Origin: Cyanophora paradoxa CCMP329
Lineage: Eukaryota; Plantae; Glaucophyta
Assembly: GCA_004431415.1 (NCBI GenBank)
Contig: QPMI01000059.1
Location: forward strand, 62,001-126,000
DNA length: 64,000 nucleotides
Direction: 5' to 3'
Below, piece after piece: positions 13,926 to 26,130 of this stretch. The position numbers and the translations under genes were made by a program. The notes beneath the pieces are model-generated. The model was given only the letters and a program-made list of their open reading frames with translations, made no database searches and was not told the origin of the DNA. Each line of letters starts with the position of its first letter. Position 1 is the stretch's first letter.

Positions 13926-14492
13926 GGCCCGCGTCCCTTGCTTTCGAAGATCTCATGAGCAGGCTCCGAAGGCAGAGGCAGCGGGCTCGCGGCTGCACTT
14001 GTACAGTAAGCTAAGCGCGAGGGGCCCGGGCCCGTTGCGTGGGGATGCCAGCGAGCTTAGGAGGAAGCCCCGGGACCGGGGGGGCCCTGGGAGCAATCTT
14101 GAAGGCACAGTACACTGGAAGCAAGCTTAGAAGTTGGACGTTGCGATTCATATTGGACGCTGGACACCGAAACTCCGGCTCGCCTACGCCAGCGCCTACG
14201 CCTCCTAGGCCTCAGGAGGATCTGGAGGCTCGAGCTCCCGCTCGCCTGGGCCTACTTGCCTGGGCCGGGGGTTCGAATCCTTGCCGGAGTCCTTGGCCAT
14301 GGTGGGGGCCTCCTACTTGCACTCCGTGTTAGCGTGTCAGGCCGCCGGGCGGGGGGGCAGAGGCGTAGCGGTTCAAAGCAATTGCAACAATCCATCGGCA
14401 TTGCACTCGCCTGCGCCTATAGCAATGCCGACATTGGACACTGGAACCGCGGCTACTTGCCTAAGCCTAAGCTTACAGCGAAGTGTCCAAGC

Positions 14493-16095
14493 CTACTTGC
14501 ACTCCTTGAAGGTGATGAAGCCGAGCGCGTTCTTCTCCACGCACTCTGAGAGCGCCACCAGCTCGATGTCCAGGCTGCCGGGGCGAAGTCAGAGGCTAGG
14601 CGGAGCAAGGCGGAGCCGCCCCAAACTTCGTAAGCACCTGACGGACTTGTTTCGCTCGGTGGGCTTGGGGTTGAGCTCCGGGGGCAGGATGCTGCGGGCG
14701 CGGGCGCCCCGGCGGGTCAGAAGGCAGTGGAAGCTTAAGTGGCGCGCGGGGCGGCGGTCAGAGCGGTAAGTCTAGAATTATGCTTTGGATTATCGTGGAA
14801 TTGTCGACTGAGCTCTGGCAATTAGGCGCTCTCAGTAAGATTTCAATTGGCGCGTGGCGCCGGGGTGGCGGTCGGGTCGGGGAGGGACGGGAGGGGCGGG
14901 GTCAGGACGGGGCGGGGCGGGCGGGAGGGGAGTGGAGGAGCGGGTGGGGCGAAGAGGAGGAAGAGGGGAGGGAGGGGCAGGGCAGGGCAAGGCGGGCGAA
15001 GCGTGGCGGGGCGTGGCGGGGCGTGACGGGCCGGGGCGGGCGAAGAGGGGCGGGGAGGGGCATGGCGGGCGGGGAGGGCGGGGAGGGGAGGAGAGGGCGG
15101 GGAGGGGCAGGGCGGGGCGGGGAGGGGCGGGAGGGGAGGAGAGGGCGGGGCGGGGAGGGGCGGGAGGGGCGGGGCGGGGAGGGGCGGGGAGGGGCGGGGA
15201 GGGGCGGGGCGGGGTGGGCTTGGGAGGGGGAGGGGCGGGGAGGGGCGGCCGGGGTACGCGCACATGGTCCGCTTGCCGCCGGGCTTCATGCCCTTCACTG
15301 CAATCTCGAGGCCCAGGGGGACCTGATTGGGGGGGGGGGGGGGGGGTAGAAGAGTGAGCGACACGGGTTCGAATCCCGGCGGGAGAAATATCCATTTGGC
15401 TGCGAATACGGATTCGACGTACCTCAGACTTGCCGTACTTGAAGGAGAACGGCTCGCCCTCCTCGGAGCCCTCGCTCAGTCGCACCGTGACGATGGTCTG
15501 CGGGGGTACCATGTCAAGCCCCGGGGGCGGGGCGGGGCGGGGCGCAAAAGCGCTCGCGGGCGGCGAGATAGCGTACCCCCGGATCCATGCTGGGTCCCGA
15601 GGGATCGCCGAGCTTCAAGTCCTTGTACTGCACGTTCCTGGTGGCCGCGGCCGGCGGGAGCGGTCAGTGTGCTGGCGGAGCGAGCTGCACGGCGCGCGGG
15701 GCTGACAGGTCGAGCGTCTTGTAGCCGGAGAGATCCACGTCGGCGCGGGAGGCGCTCGGGGCGGCGAGCGCGGCGGCCGCCGCGAGGACAAGGCCGCGGA
15801 GTGCGCCGCGGCGGCCCAGGGCCTCGTCGTCTGCGGAGGGCACGGTCAGGCGGCACCGACGCGCACAGCTTCGAGGTCTGAGACGTCCAAGCGCCCCGCG
15901 CGCACCGTGCCGGGCCAGGACCTCGAAGCGCGCCGCCGCGGGTGCGTCGGACGCTTTCCGCTGGCTCCGGGAGGCCGAGTGCGAGCCGGCGGACGGCCTC
16001 TGAACGAATTCACTGCACAGCGACCGCGACGGCTGCGCCTGCGGCCTGCAGAGCGGCCGGCTGGCCACGAGGGCGGAGGAAGCGAACGCCGGCAT
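14493..16095 (-). CDS. FKBP-type peptidyl-prolyl isomerase-like protein, plastid thylakoid-lumen targeted
   Basis: Transit peptide [14 protein letters not shown]..., twin-Arg signal [28 protein letters not shown] motifs [47 protein letters not shown]. Confidence 0.8.
14865..15255 (+). repeat. GGGGA/GGGGC-rich low-complexity intronic tract (G-quadruplex-prone)
   Basis: Dense runs of GGG(G) separated by 1-3 nt inside an FKBP intron. Confidence 0.75.
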
Positions 16096-16565
16096 CTGCG
16101 CGAGCGCGGCTTCGAATAAGCTAGCTGGTTGTACAGAGCAACGCGGCCGCGCGTCGCAATTCAACCGCACCAGACGAGAGTTGATTCGCTGTCCTCAGGC
16201 TGTACCCGGGTCGACCCGGGCCAACTCGCCCTTCTTTACAGCCGGAACCACCGAGGACGCTCAGCGGCATCGCAAATCTCATCAGGAATCCGGTGAGAGC
16301 ATCAGCGGAGCCACGAGAGTGTTGACGTGGCGCTCGGATCTTGGGCAGCGGAGACGGCTTTGCCCTCTCAGCGCACGTACTCAGCGACCGCTCGCTGCGG
16401 CCTTTGGGAGGAGCGTCCACGGCGCAGCGCGTGGGAACGCGGAGTCGGAGCCGCATGTGCAGTCGAAGTCACGCGTACGGTGCCCCGGCCGCGGCAGACC
16501 TAGCGCGAGCGTTGTGATCGAATACCGCCAGCGTGCATGTGCCTCGATATCTAGAGCTTGGATAC

Positions 16566-19261
16566 ATGGCCCGCGCTGGAGGCGCTTGCGGCCGGCTTCC
16601 ACGGCGCCTGCGGTCGCGGCAGGCGCCGTTCCTCCGAGGCCTGGGCCTCCTGGCCGCGCTTGCAGGTGCTCGGCGTCCCCCGAGCGCTCTTTTAGCCCCT
16701 TCTTCAACGTTGACTCTTGACGCAGTGGCGGCGGCTGCGCTCGACGGCGAGACCACGCGTCTGCTAGAGCTTCCGACGGGCGTGGGCCACGGGCTCGGAG
16801 CGTGCGTCCCGCGCCCTGCGCCGCCTTCGTATTCAGCCCGGCGCTCGAGCTCGCTAACGCCAGCGCTCCCCTCGTCCGCAGAATCTGCGCCGACCAGTCG
16901 TACGCGCTCCTCGCGCGCACGAATTCGATCTTCAGGTACGACTTCCACACGGGGGCCCTGGATCCATTCTCCGGCGATCCCGCCGGCTCCGCTGGGTACG
17001 GCGACGGCATCGGTGCGTCCCGGGTACCCCCCCTATCCCACGCTCCCGTGCTCAAGCCCCGCGCGCCCGGGCCCCTTTCTCAGGCACTGCTGCTCGCTTC
17101 AACGGGATTAAGGTCCGTCCTTTTCTCCAGTCTAAGCTCGCTGATCATGACAAGTTCCGCTGAACTCGAAGACGCTTCTTCGTTCGCAGAGCATCGTTCT
17201 CGACGATTCGTGCAGGTTCCTGTTCGTCGCGGACCACTACAACCACCGGGTCCGCCGCGTCAACACGGCGACGCGTGCGCCCCCCCCCCCTTACCCCCGT
17301 CCCCCCTCCCCCCCTCCTCCCTCTCCCCCCCCCCCAATCGATATCGTCGCCTGGAGCGTTTTCCCTAATAAAAAATACCTGTACCCCGCAGGTCAATCGA
17401 CCACGTACGCCGGCAACGGCACGGTCCTCGTACCCCACGTCTCCGGCAACCCCGCCATCTTCTCGCCGCTCTCGTACCCCAAGGCCCTCGTCCGTCCCCC
17501 GATCGCGATTGAATTTTCGAAATTTCAAGCGCGACCACTGAAATCCTCTGAACTCTAACCTTCTCAGGGATTCTCCCTTGATTACAGACTCATGTACGTG
17601 GGGGCGGCGCAGCAGCTCCTCTCGATCGACACGAAGTCCCCCTGTAAGCCGTCGCGATCGCTTCGTCGCGATCGTCGCTCTCTGACAGCGTACCCCGCGT
17701 GCAGCCCGAACGATGACGGTCGAGGCGGGCGTCTACGATACCGTACCCTCCTCGGCCCCGCCCATGGGCGACGGCGCCGGCGCTGCCGCGAACCTGGGTT
17801 CGAATCCTCGCGCCGCCCCTCTCGCTCGAGCTCTGGATTCCTTTACTTGCTTGAGCCTCGAATTCACTCGCCCCCTTCCAGACGCCGACGCGATCGTCCC
17901 TCTGGCTTCAGACGAGGTCCTCTTCGCGGAGTACCTCACCGGCCGCGTCCGCCGCTTCCACCAGCCCTCCAGTGCGCTCTTAATATATACTGCATTATAA
18001 AATTTGTGCGGCCTTAAGCTTCAAAGTTAAAGATGTTTAATTTGTCGCCCGTCTAGCTATGATAGATCTCAGATGTAATAGGTTCCACCAGCCCTCCAGT
18101 GCGCTCTAGATCTAGATCTCCGCTGGCGCTCGAGCCGAAGTGCTAGCACTCAATATTACGAATTTTTGCGGCCTTCAAATGAAAAATGTTTGTTGCTCGC
18201 GGCCGTCTAGATTTTAGATCGCGGCACACGTATACTAGTACTAGTAATATTCCGCATGTTTCGCGGCCGCCCTGACGGGCGGTCTTATAATTAACACATA
18301 AATCGATGCAGAGCTCGTGTCGACGGCGGCGGGCCAGTTCGGGCAGTACGCCACAACGGTGGACGGCACGGGCACGAACGCGTGCGCCTCTTCCCCCCCC
18401 CTTTCCCCTCCCCCCCTCCCCCCCCTCCCCCCCTCCCCCCCCTCCCTTCCCCGCCCAGTGCACGCGCTTAAGAGCGCATCCGGCTCCGCCGCAGGATTCT
18501 GACTCAGATACGTGGCGGGATGGCGTTCGATCCTTACACCCAGACGGTCCGCTGCTAGCGAAACATGATAATGACGTTCTAACAAACGATATTGATCGAT
18601 CGTGCGTGAGTTCATATTTATTTGCTCAGGTCTACATTTCGAACAAGGACACGGCGGCCCCGGGGACGCCCCCCACCAGGATCCGGCGCATCACCTTCCC
18701 AGGCGGTGCGATCTTTAAATTTCCTTGTCAAATCCAAATCCGGCGCCGAGCTAGTCTGAGACGTTCCGGCTACACGTAGCCTATTGGATAGGATGCGCGT
18801 CTTTCGTGACAACTAGCCCGTGTTCCCTCTCAGATCCACCCTTTTCACGATCGCGCGCGCAGACCCGCCGGTCCTGACCGTGAGCACCGTGCCGCTGACG
18901 CCGGCGCCGGCGCCGGGCCGCGGGCTCCTGCCCGTGAACGCGACACTGGCGGACGGCGTCCTCCTCGATTTTGCTAGGTGCGCGTGCGAGAACCCAATTC
19001 GATTGCAAACCAAATTATTAAAGCACACGTCTCATTCATTGTTGTTATTATTGTCAAGGCTTTAATTCGACCGCTGGTTTAACGTTTGAATTCGTTGCAG
19101 GAAGCGCCTGCTCCTGACGACGGACGAGGGGGTGTACGCTGTTTCCTTCGACGTTCCCGTACCCGCCCGCGTGGCGTTATTCTCCGGCGGGGCCCTCACA
19201 ATCGAAGGGGGCGCAAGCATCTGCGTGGGGGGCGCCGGCGCCCCCTGCTAGCTATATATAG
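16566..19261 (+). CDS. NHL-repeat (beta-propeller) protein, multi-exon (ends approximate)
   Basis: Exons with NHL-type motifs AGYGDGIG, FVADHYNHRVRRVNTAT, TTYAGNGT, TAAGQFGQYATTVDGTG, VYISN...RIRRITFPG; GT..AG introns. Confidence 0.6.
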
Positions 19262-20055
19262 CAGCTCGGATTTCGCGCGCAGAGCCCTCTTCTAATAGCA
19301 AATTTTCCGTGGTTTACAGCGGTTCCGCTTAGTTTGTCTCTTTTTTGAGAGTTTCCTTCGTATACGTAGATGTGGCTCGCGTACGGCTGATTGACTAGTA
19401 TATCGATATTATTGTCGGTCCTGTCTTGTATCAGTTAGCTGATTGATTATAATTAGTATATCGATATTATTGTTGGTCCTGTCTTGTATTAGTTAGCTAT
19501 GCTGCAAGTTATTTGTCTTATCTTTCTTCGTGCTCTTGTCTTAGTTATTTTGCTTTTTTGTCTTTATGCCCCCTGGGCAGCCCCCGCAGTGCTGGTGTCT
19601 AGAGACTGTGGCCGGTAATTCACCAAAAAAAAGTAATTAGCTATGCTACGAGCAGATGGCAGCGTATTCCTTTGCAATCGCTTCTGTTCCTTCCCTTCCG
19701 TTCTTCTGTTCTGTCCGTCGCCGTCTCTGACTGGGCTTAAGCTTGCGATTTTAAATGGGATTGGAGCACACCGCCGCGGCGCGGCTGCAGCTGCCTTGCA
19801 ATATTAATATGCAATACAATATATATAGCCCCCGGGCCCCGGGGCTTAATTCCCCAAAGAAATCTTATGGATCGTTGAATGCATTTATTATCTTTGACAT
19901 ATCGATATCTTTATGTTGCACCATTTGACTTCACATAAATTGACGAAAAAGAATTCGAAAGCGAAAACGATAGCTAGCGCTGTTTATTATTACTCTTTAG
20001 TACTCTTTTCTGCCGCCGGGCCGCTAGCGCTGCCGGCCCAGTGCCCGGGCTACTT

Positions 20056-22854
20056 CTAGTAGCGGCGGGCGAAGAAGAGCGCCGCGACGGCCGCGAGGGA
20101 CGCCGCCAGGGCCGACGCCGCGACCTGGAAGGCGGCGGAGCCGGCCGCGTTGAGGCCGGGGACGCCGAGGGTGCTGCCGCCCGCCAGCAGCGCGAACTGC
20201 GAAAGTTCGACGGTTAGAGTCGGGCTCAGGAATGGTCGAGCTTGGACGGATGTGCGCGGACCGCGGTGAGGTGGGTGCAGGTGGCGGTGTAGGTGCCGGC
20301 GGTGGTGGAGGACTGGGTCGGGGCGGAGCAGCCCTCGGTCTTCCACTCCTTGGCGAACTCGTCGAACCAGCGGAGCTGCACGCTCTGGCCCGTGGCGACG
20401 GAGCCCGAGGCGGGGATCTCGAACTGGATGCCGCCGGGGAACTCCTTGAGCGGGCCGGTGAGCGTCGAGGCGGTGACCTCGTAGACGGCGGAGAGCATCT
20501 TGAAGCCGGAGGGCGGGGCCGTGAAGCCCGAGGCCGCGGGGAGGGCCACCATCGCCTGCGGACGCGTCGTGCGGTTAGAATTATAGCCGGCGAGACAATT
20601 TTAATGTTTTACATAATACAGCAGACCTGGAAATCGCCTCCAGCGTTCGCGTTGGCGGGGAAGGTAATCTGCGACAGAACATTTATTAATTAGAATACGT
20701 CGACGCTCAAATAAAACGTATCCGATCAAAAGCACAACGCACCACTACGTCGCGGGACGCGCCGGCGGGGCGGACGCGGAGCGAGCGGGACTGCGCCTGG
20801 CCGGCCTTGGCCGGGCAGACCTTGAAGCTGTACGGGGTCGAGTCGGTGGCCGCGCGGTTCGGGTTCTGGTTGCCGCAGCTCGTCGTGTTGCTGCTCAGCG
20901 TGATCTGCGCGGCGCGTTCATATATAATTAAATGTATCCATAACTTAAACCTTAAGGTCTTTTAAGCTTTCGGACCTTGGCGGAGACGTCGGCGAGGGCC
21001 CTCTGGGTCTCCTGGCGGACGCTGGCGGCCACGGAGGACGACGGCGGGAGGGCCGCCACGAGGCCGGCGAGGCTCTCCTGCAGCGCCTGCGCGAAAGCAA
21101 AAGTTTAGAACCGTCCAACGTGCGCCCACCCCCGTCCAAGCGGCATGAACTCACCGCAGCGTTGACGCCGGGAGTGGTGGCGAGGTTCTTGAATATTCGA
21201 GTGCGGGTTAGCTCGCAAAGAAAGAAAAGAAGAAAAGAAAAGAAATATAATATATACTCATATAAATATTGCAAAGAAAAGAAGAGGAACAAGTACGCAA
21301 TAATTATAATGCCGCTCACCGGGTTCTCCCTGATGACCTTGAGGAGGAGCTGCGTGCCCTGGATCGCCGCGGATTCCTGGATCCCGTGTAAGCGGCGCTG
21401 AAATTAAAGTATTGAAGAGAACGGCATTGGACGGACGGAGAGGGCGCCGGTCTTGAAGGCGACGGGGGCGACGGACGAGAAGAAGTTCACGAGGGCGCCG
21501 GCGGTCTGATGACCGAAGTACGATTTTAGAACAAATGGGCGCGTTACTTCGAAGGAAGCGCACGGCAGCGTCCTTGAGGTCGACGCCGGACTTGGCCGCC
21601 TCCGTCGTCACGGTCTGCAGGCGTCCGCGGAATGAGATTATAATTACTTACATATAATTGTAGTTTTAGACAGACAGACCGTCATGGCGGTGGAGAGGGC
21701 GCCGGAGAGCTTGGAGAGCAGGTCGGCGTTCGTCTGGCGGAGGGTGCGGCGGAGGGCGGTGCCGGTGGCCTTCGTGTAGTAGTCCGTGAGGGACTTGATC
21801 AGGGCGCGGATCAAGCCCAGCTTTTCCTTGAATTCCTTGGTTGTGTCCTGCACACACGTGCGCGATAAAAATGCCGTGAGCTCGCGAATGTCGAGCATGA
21901 TGTATTTCAGATCATGCAAGCTAGCTGATGCCGCGCACCGCAACGATCTTAGCCATCTCCTGGTTGAACGTGGCGAGCATGTCCTGTCGAGATCGGGCTT
22001 CGCCATCAGCCTTCATGATCACACGCGTTTCTCGCAAATGGTTTGATCATGAAGATCTAGAGTTACATTCAATATTAATATATACTAGCAATGATAATGA
22101 TATATTATATTCAAACGGACGTCGATGATAATAGCAATTAGAAATGCAAAGCTTAGTTTGGGCAATTGCAATTCGCATCGACTTTCGAAGCATCGGCGCA
22201 CATCGAACTGGGCGGCGGGCGGCTTGGACGAGTCGACGACGGGCGTGACGGTGATGGCGTTCGGGATGGCGAAGGTCGCCGAGAGGCCGTTCGGGTCCTT
22301 GACCTTGACCGTGAGCGACGTCGTAACCGATCCACTGGAGCTCGAGCTCTGTGGGTGATCCCGAAATAAATTTGCGAGTGTGAATCGCCAAGCATGCGCA
22401 GGGACACAGTATTAATGCGCAAATAGCTGTAGTGCGCTCACAGCAGGGAAGTAGAAGCCGAAAGTCGCGTCCCGAGAGTCGAGGGCGAGATCACCGGTGT
22501 AGCCCGTGCCGGTGACGGAGTATCTGCAAGTGCGCAGTGTAGAATGTAATCAGAAATTTAATTTCGTCATGCAATTAATGTTGCAGTGCGAGATATTGAC
22601 GCACGTGAGGGGGAAGGCGCTCGCGCCCCAGCCAGTGCATGTCACCTAGATCGCAAAGTCAAATTTAAACTACAGTTTATGTTTACGCAATTAAATATAT
22701 GCGTACCGTGATCTCTTCGACGGCAGCCTTGACGGTGGCGGGAGAGGCGGTGCAAGAGCCGCCGCTGGGCGGGTTGCCGGCCGAGACCTTCGGCAGCTCG
22801 GGGGTGGGCGTCGGGGCCGGCGTGCCGCTGGTACCGGTGGCAGGGGTGCCGCTT

Positions 22855-22886
<32 letters not shown>

Positions 22887-25329
22887 CGCGGCCGCGCCCG
22901 GGGTGGGCGCCGGGGCGTCGAGGTTCGTGCCGGGAGTGCCGGGAGTGCCGGGGTTCGCGCCCGGGTCGGAGGTGGCCGGCGGCGTCGTTGGCGCGGGCGT
23001 GGGGGCCTCCGTGGGGCTCGGCGAGGGCGTCGCGCTCGGCGTGGCAGACGGGCTCGGCGTCGGGCTCGGTGTAGCAATGACGGCTAAGCAGAAATAGCGA
23101 TTCAGATTTCGAAGCAGCGCGTTAACTCATTATATTTGGTACTCAGAGCTAGCGCACGACATGTAGCGTCACCAGCCCACGTTTTCGCTGATTCGAGGTC
23201 ATGATCAGTGCAAATGCATTCATGGTCAAAATTCAGATCTAGATAAATCAAATTTGCCAAATTAATGTACCTCTTGCTGTGAAAGTGACAGGCGCCGACG
23301 GCATCTGCCACTTCACGTCTACGACAAAGGCGTACTGGACTCCCTTACACGCGTTGAATGTAATCGACTCGCCATTTCCGCAGCTTTTGGTGGCGTCCGT
23401 CAATGTGGCGCCGGTCAAAGTGAGAGCTGGATTCGGGCCAATGTCTGTAATGCACGAGATCAAGCAAGGGATTCCAAAGTGCAACATAGGCTAGGGGCAG
23501 CTGCATTTTGTCTTACCTTTGAAATCAATCAGGCCAGTTTTGGTAATTCGATTGTTAGCCTTGTCGAGATTCGCGCAAAGTTCCTTGGCATTAAACACGT
23601 AGAGATAAGAATCAAAAGACTCGTCATTGTTGCTCCCGTCGTAGGAGCGGCCGCCGCAAGTACTAATAGTAAGTGTCCTGACAGTTTGAACAACGGTATA
23701 TGAGTTACGAAGAATGAAAAAGAGCGAAGTGATAAAAAGCGGAATCTCGAACGTGTGCTCCGAAGGTGTGTAGTAAAAGTAGCGCTCGCCAGTATTGAAG
23801 CTGGGTCCATCGTTTGTGGTACTAGTCGAAGTCCGGCCGAACGTAGTTGGAATCGCCGCGACCCCCGAGACGGTTGCCGGGGTGCCCGTATATCCGGTGG
23901 GCCACCAGCGGATCAAATTTGCGCTAGCAGCATCGAGAGACCCGAGGTCTGCGGTATTACGCATGTTGGATGGATCGACTAGGGACATCCTGAACGCGTA
24001 GCCCGCGGGGATTTTGTCGCCGATTGTCGGCGTAATGTCCGACGAGGGGATTTCGAGCGCTCGGAAGTAAGTGCTCCAAAGCGTCGCGTCCTCGCACTTC
24101 TCCGCAACTGCTGTCGTTGTGTTGGTCGGGCAGTCGCATGTGCTGCAGTCCATGTACTGAAATCGAAGTTCATTATAATATGTGAATTTCGATTGAAGTC
24201 TAATCTAAATTACGAAACGCCGCACCTCGATACTGGCCTCCTTGATGAAAAACGTAGTTTCGGCGCCGCTAACTCTGTTCGCGAAGTACGTCCACAGCGT
24301 AACATGCTCGTTTGCAGCTACAGGGTTGATCCCAGAAGCGCCTTTGATGTCGACTTCGTGCCTTGAATTTCACAAGGGATGATGATGTCAGAACTCGAAT
24401 TTTGAATTTCCAAACAAATCATATAGGTTCTGAAAAATTAAATGTGCACATTTCATAGGCAGGGTCGAATGAGTTCTGTGATGAGTCGAACGATACGAGA
24501 CCTTGGACAGTTGCTGAGAACGTCGGCGAGCCCGCGGTGACGGTGGGGGCGTCGGTAGGAGCCGATGCACTCTTCCTCGCGAAGAAGGCGAAGAATGCCG
24601 TGGCGTCATCAGGGGCGCTCGAAGAAGTACCGCCACTGCGTGCAATTCGAAATCTCTGCGAATCGATCGCGATATCGTTGGAGCTGATCAACACCCCAAC
24701 TGCAGAGTAAAATACAGCATAATATTATAATCAAACAATGAACACACCGCCTTGCACGCGTACACTTGCTTGGTCGCCTTTGTTGTGAATCCGACGTAGA
24801 GCTTCTTCGCAACCGCCCATCGGACCGGAGACTGCACGTTGGAAGCAATGCCGGTGTAGAAACCTTGGAAGTCGATGCCGCCGGCGTAGGTAGTGCACGC
24901 GGCGGAAGTGGTGGTGGAGCACGCCGTCTTGAAGGCGCCACTCTCCGCCGAGTCAATATTTCTGGTACCGGTCGTACGCGCGCGCACACGCTTTAGCTTG
25001 ATAGATAGAGGCGAGCATATGCATGCGCACACCAAAACAACTCACACGCGGATCCGGTCGCGCGGATTGCTGTCGAGAACGAGCTTCGAGGTCGCTTGTG
25101 GCTTCACCATGTCCACTCCGACCGCCATAGTCTCATCGGACGAGATGCCGACGGGCGCAGTGTTCCCAGAATTCCATGTGCCATCGAAGTTGACCTTCGC
25201 CGAGGCCGCGGAGGCGAGATCCGCGCTGAAGCCGACGAGCAGCGCGATGGCGACAAGAACGAACGGCGATGCTGCAAGCGGCCGGCGGCAGCTGCGCATG
25301 CAGGCGATGGTCGCCCTGGACGCTGCCAT
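20056..25329 (-). CDS. Large cell-surface protein with signal peptide, Pro/Ser/Thr-rich linker, C-terminal GPS (GAIN) autoproteolysis motif and terminal hydrophobic anchor
   Basis: FVLVAIALLVGFSADLASA signal; spliced WFDEFAKEWKTEGC...ATCTHLTA|FALL matches GPS W-x-GC...C-x-HLT-x-FA; ends AASALAASLAAVAALFFARRY; Ig-like strand VTTSLTVKVKDPNGLSATFAI. Confidence 0.7.
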
Positions 25330-25519
25330 TGCGCTCGCGCCCTGCTTATAATTTATGGCCTTCTAGATCTGAAGAGATGCGCGCATGCGCACTGCGCACT
25401 GCCAGGCTGCGGCAGTACTGGTGCGGCAGCGTCAACAGATCTGAGATCTAGATCTATTAGTACTACTAGGCTCAGCGGCTAGCTATAGGCTACATATCCT
25501 GTCGATGACGGCGCTAGTG

Positions 25520-25592
25520 ACACATAGGGATATGCCAGATCCAAGCCCTCGGGCTTCGCCCTCTGGCTTGGATCTGGCATATCCCTATGTGT
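25520..25592. repeat. Perfect 28-bp-stem hairpin at left boundary of element A
   Basis: ACACATAGGGATATGCCAGATCCAAGCC (25520-25547) is the exact reverse complement of 25565-25592; the loop holds a GGGC-TTC-GCCC mini-hairpin. Confidence 0.95.
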
Positions 25593-25666
25593 GCGCGTTT
25601 TAGGCACTAGGGTAGTCAGCATCTATTTTAGGTCTTAGGGTATTAATCACGTCTTTTTGGCACCAG

Positions 25667-26083
25667 TCAATTGTCATCCAATAATTGATGCTCGAAACGC
25701 CTCTTCTCATGGTGTAATCTCTTTTTGATCACTGCCCCAAATCCAACAGCATATTTGTTTATCTCCTCCTCCAGCTCAAAAGCAATTAAACTTGTATTCC
25801 TTTCTGCCTGTTTTCCACAGCTGAATATATCTATTGCCAACATGCCTTGATCACTGTAGCAATGAGCAGAGCAATGGCTTTCATCTAATAATAATACTTG
25901 GGCAAATCCAGGGGGTGATTTGGTGCCATCAAAAATCTCAGCATGTTTGTGGACAACCTGTATTCCATATTTCTTGATGATGTCTTCACTGACATTCATG
26001 AGCCATTTAGAGAGCCCCACATGGTCGCTAATTGGTTGGCTGAATTGGAAATCGAGCATCACATGGTAACCTTTGGCAAGCAT
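25667..26083 (-). CDS. speD: S-adenosylmethionine decarboxylase proenzyme (short, prokaryotic class 1b-like)
   Basis: GYHVMLDF...GFAQVLLLDESHCSAHCYSDQGMLAIDIFSCG: conserved ES self-cleavage site (ESH), SxH and DxFxCG motifs; likely start MLAKGYH at 26083. Confidence 0.85.
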   Translation of the reverse strand: MLAKGYHVMLDFQFSQPISDHVGLSKWLMNVSEDIIKKYGIQVVHKHAEIFDGTKSPPGFAQVLLLDESHCSAHCYSDQGMLAIDIFSCGKQAERNTSLIAFELEEEINKYAVGFGAVIKKRLHHEKRRFEHQLLDDN

Positions 26084-26130
26084 TTTGAATACCAATAGCT
26101 AAGAAAAAACAATAATGTGTAACAGATGTC

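Noticed and set aside
14780-15512. Gly/Arg- and Pro-rich ORFs
   Set aside because: Translations of a G-rich low-complexity intron
1-25500. Most long six-frame ORFs in the GC-rich part as independent genes; tRNA/rRNA genes
   Set aside because: High GC yields spurious Arg/Pro/Ala-rich ORFs that run through introns; no convincing RNA-gene structure was seen
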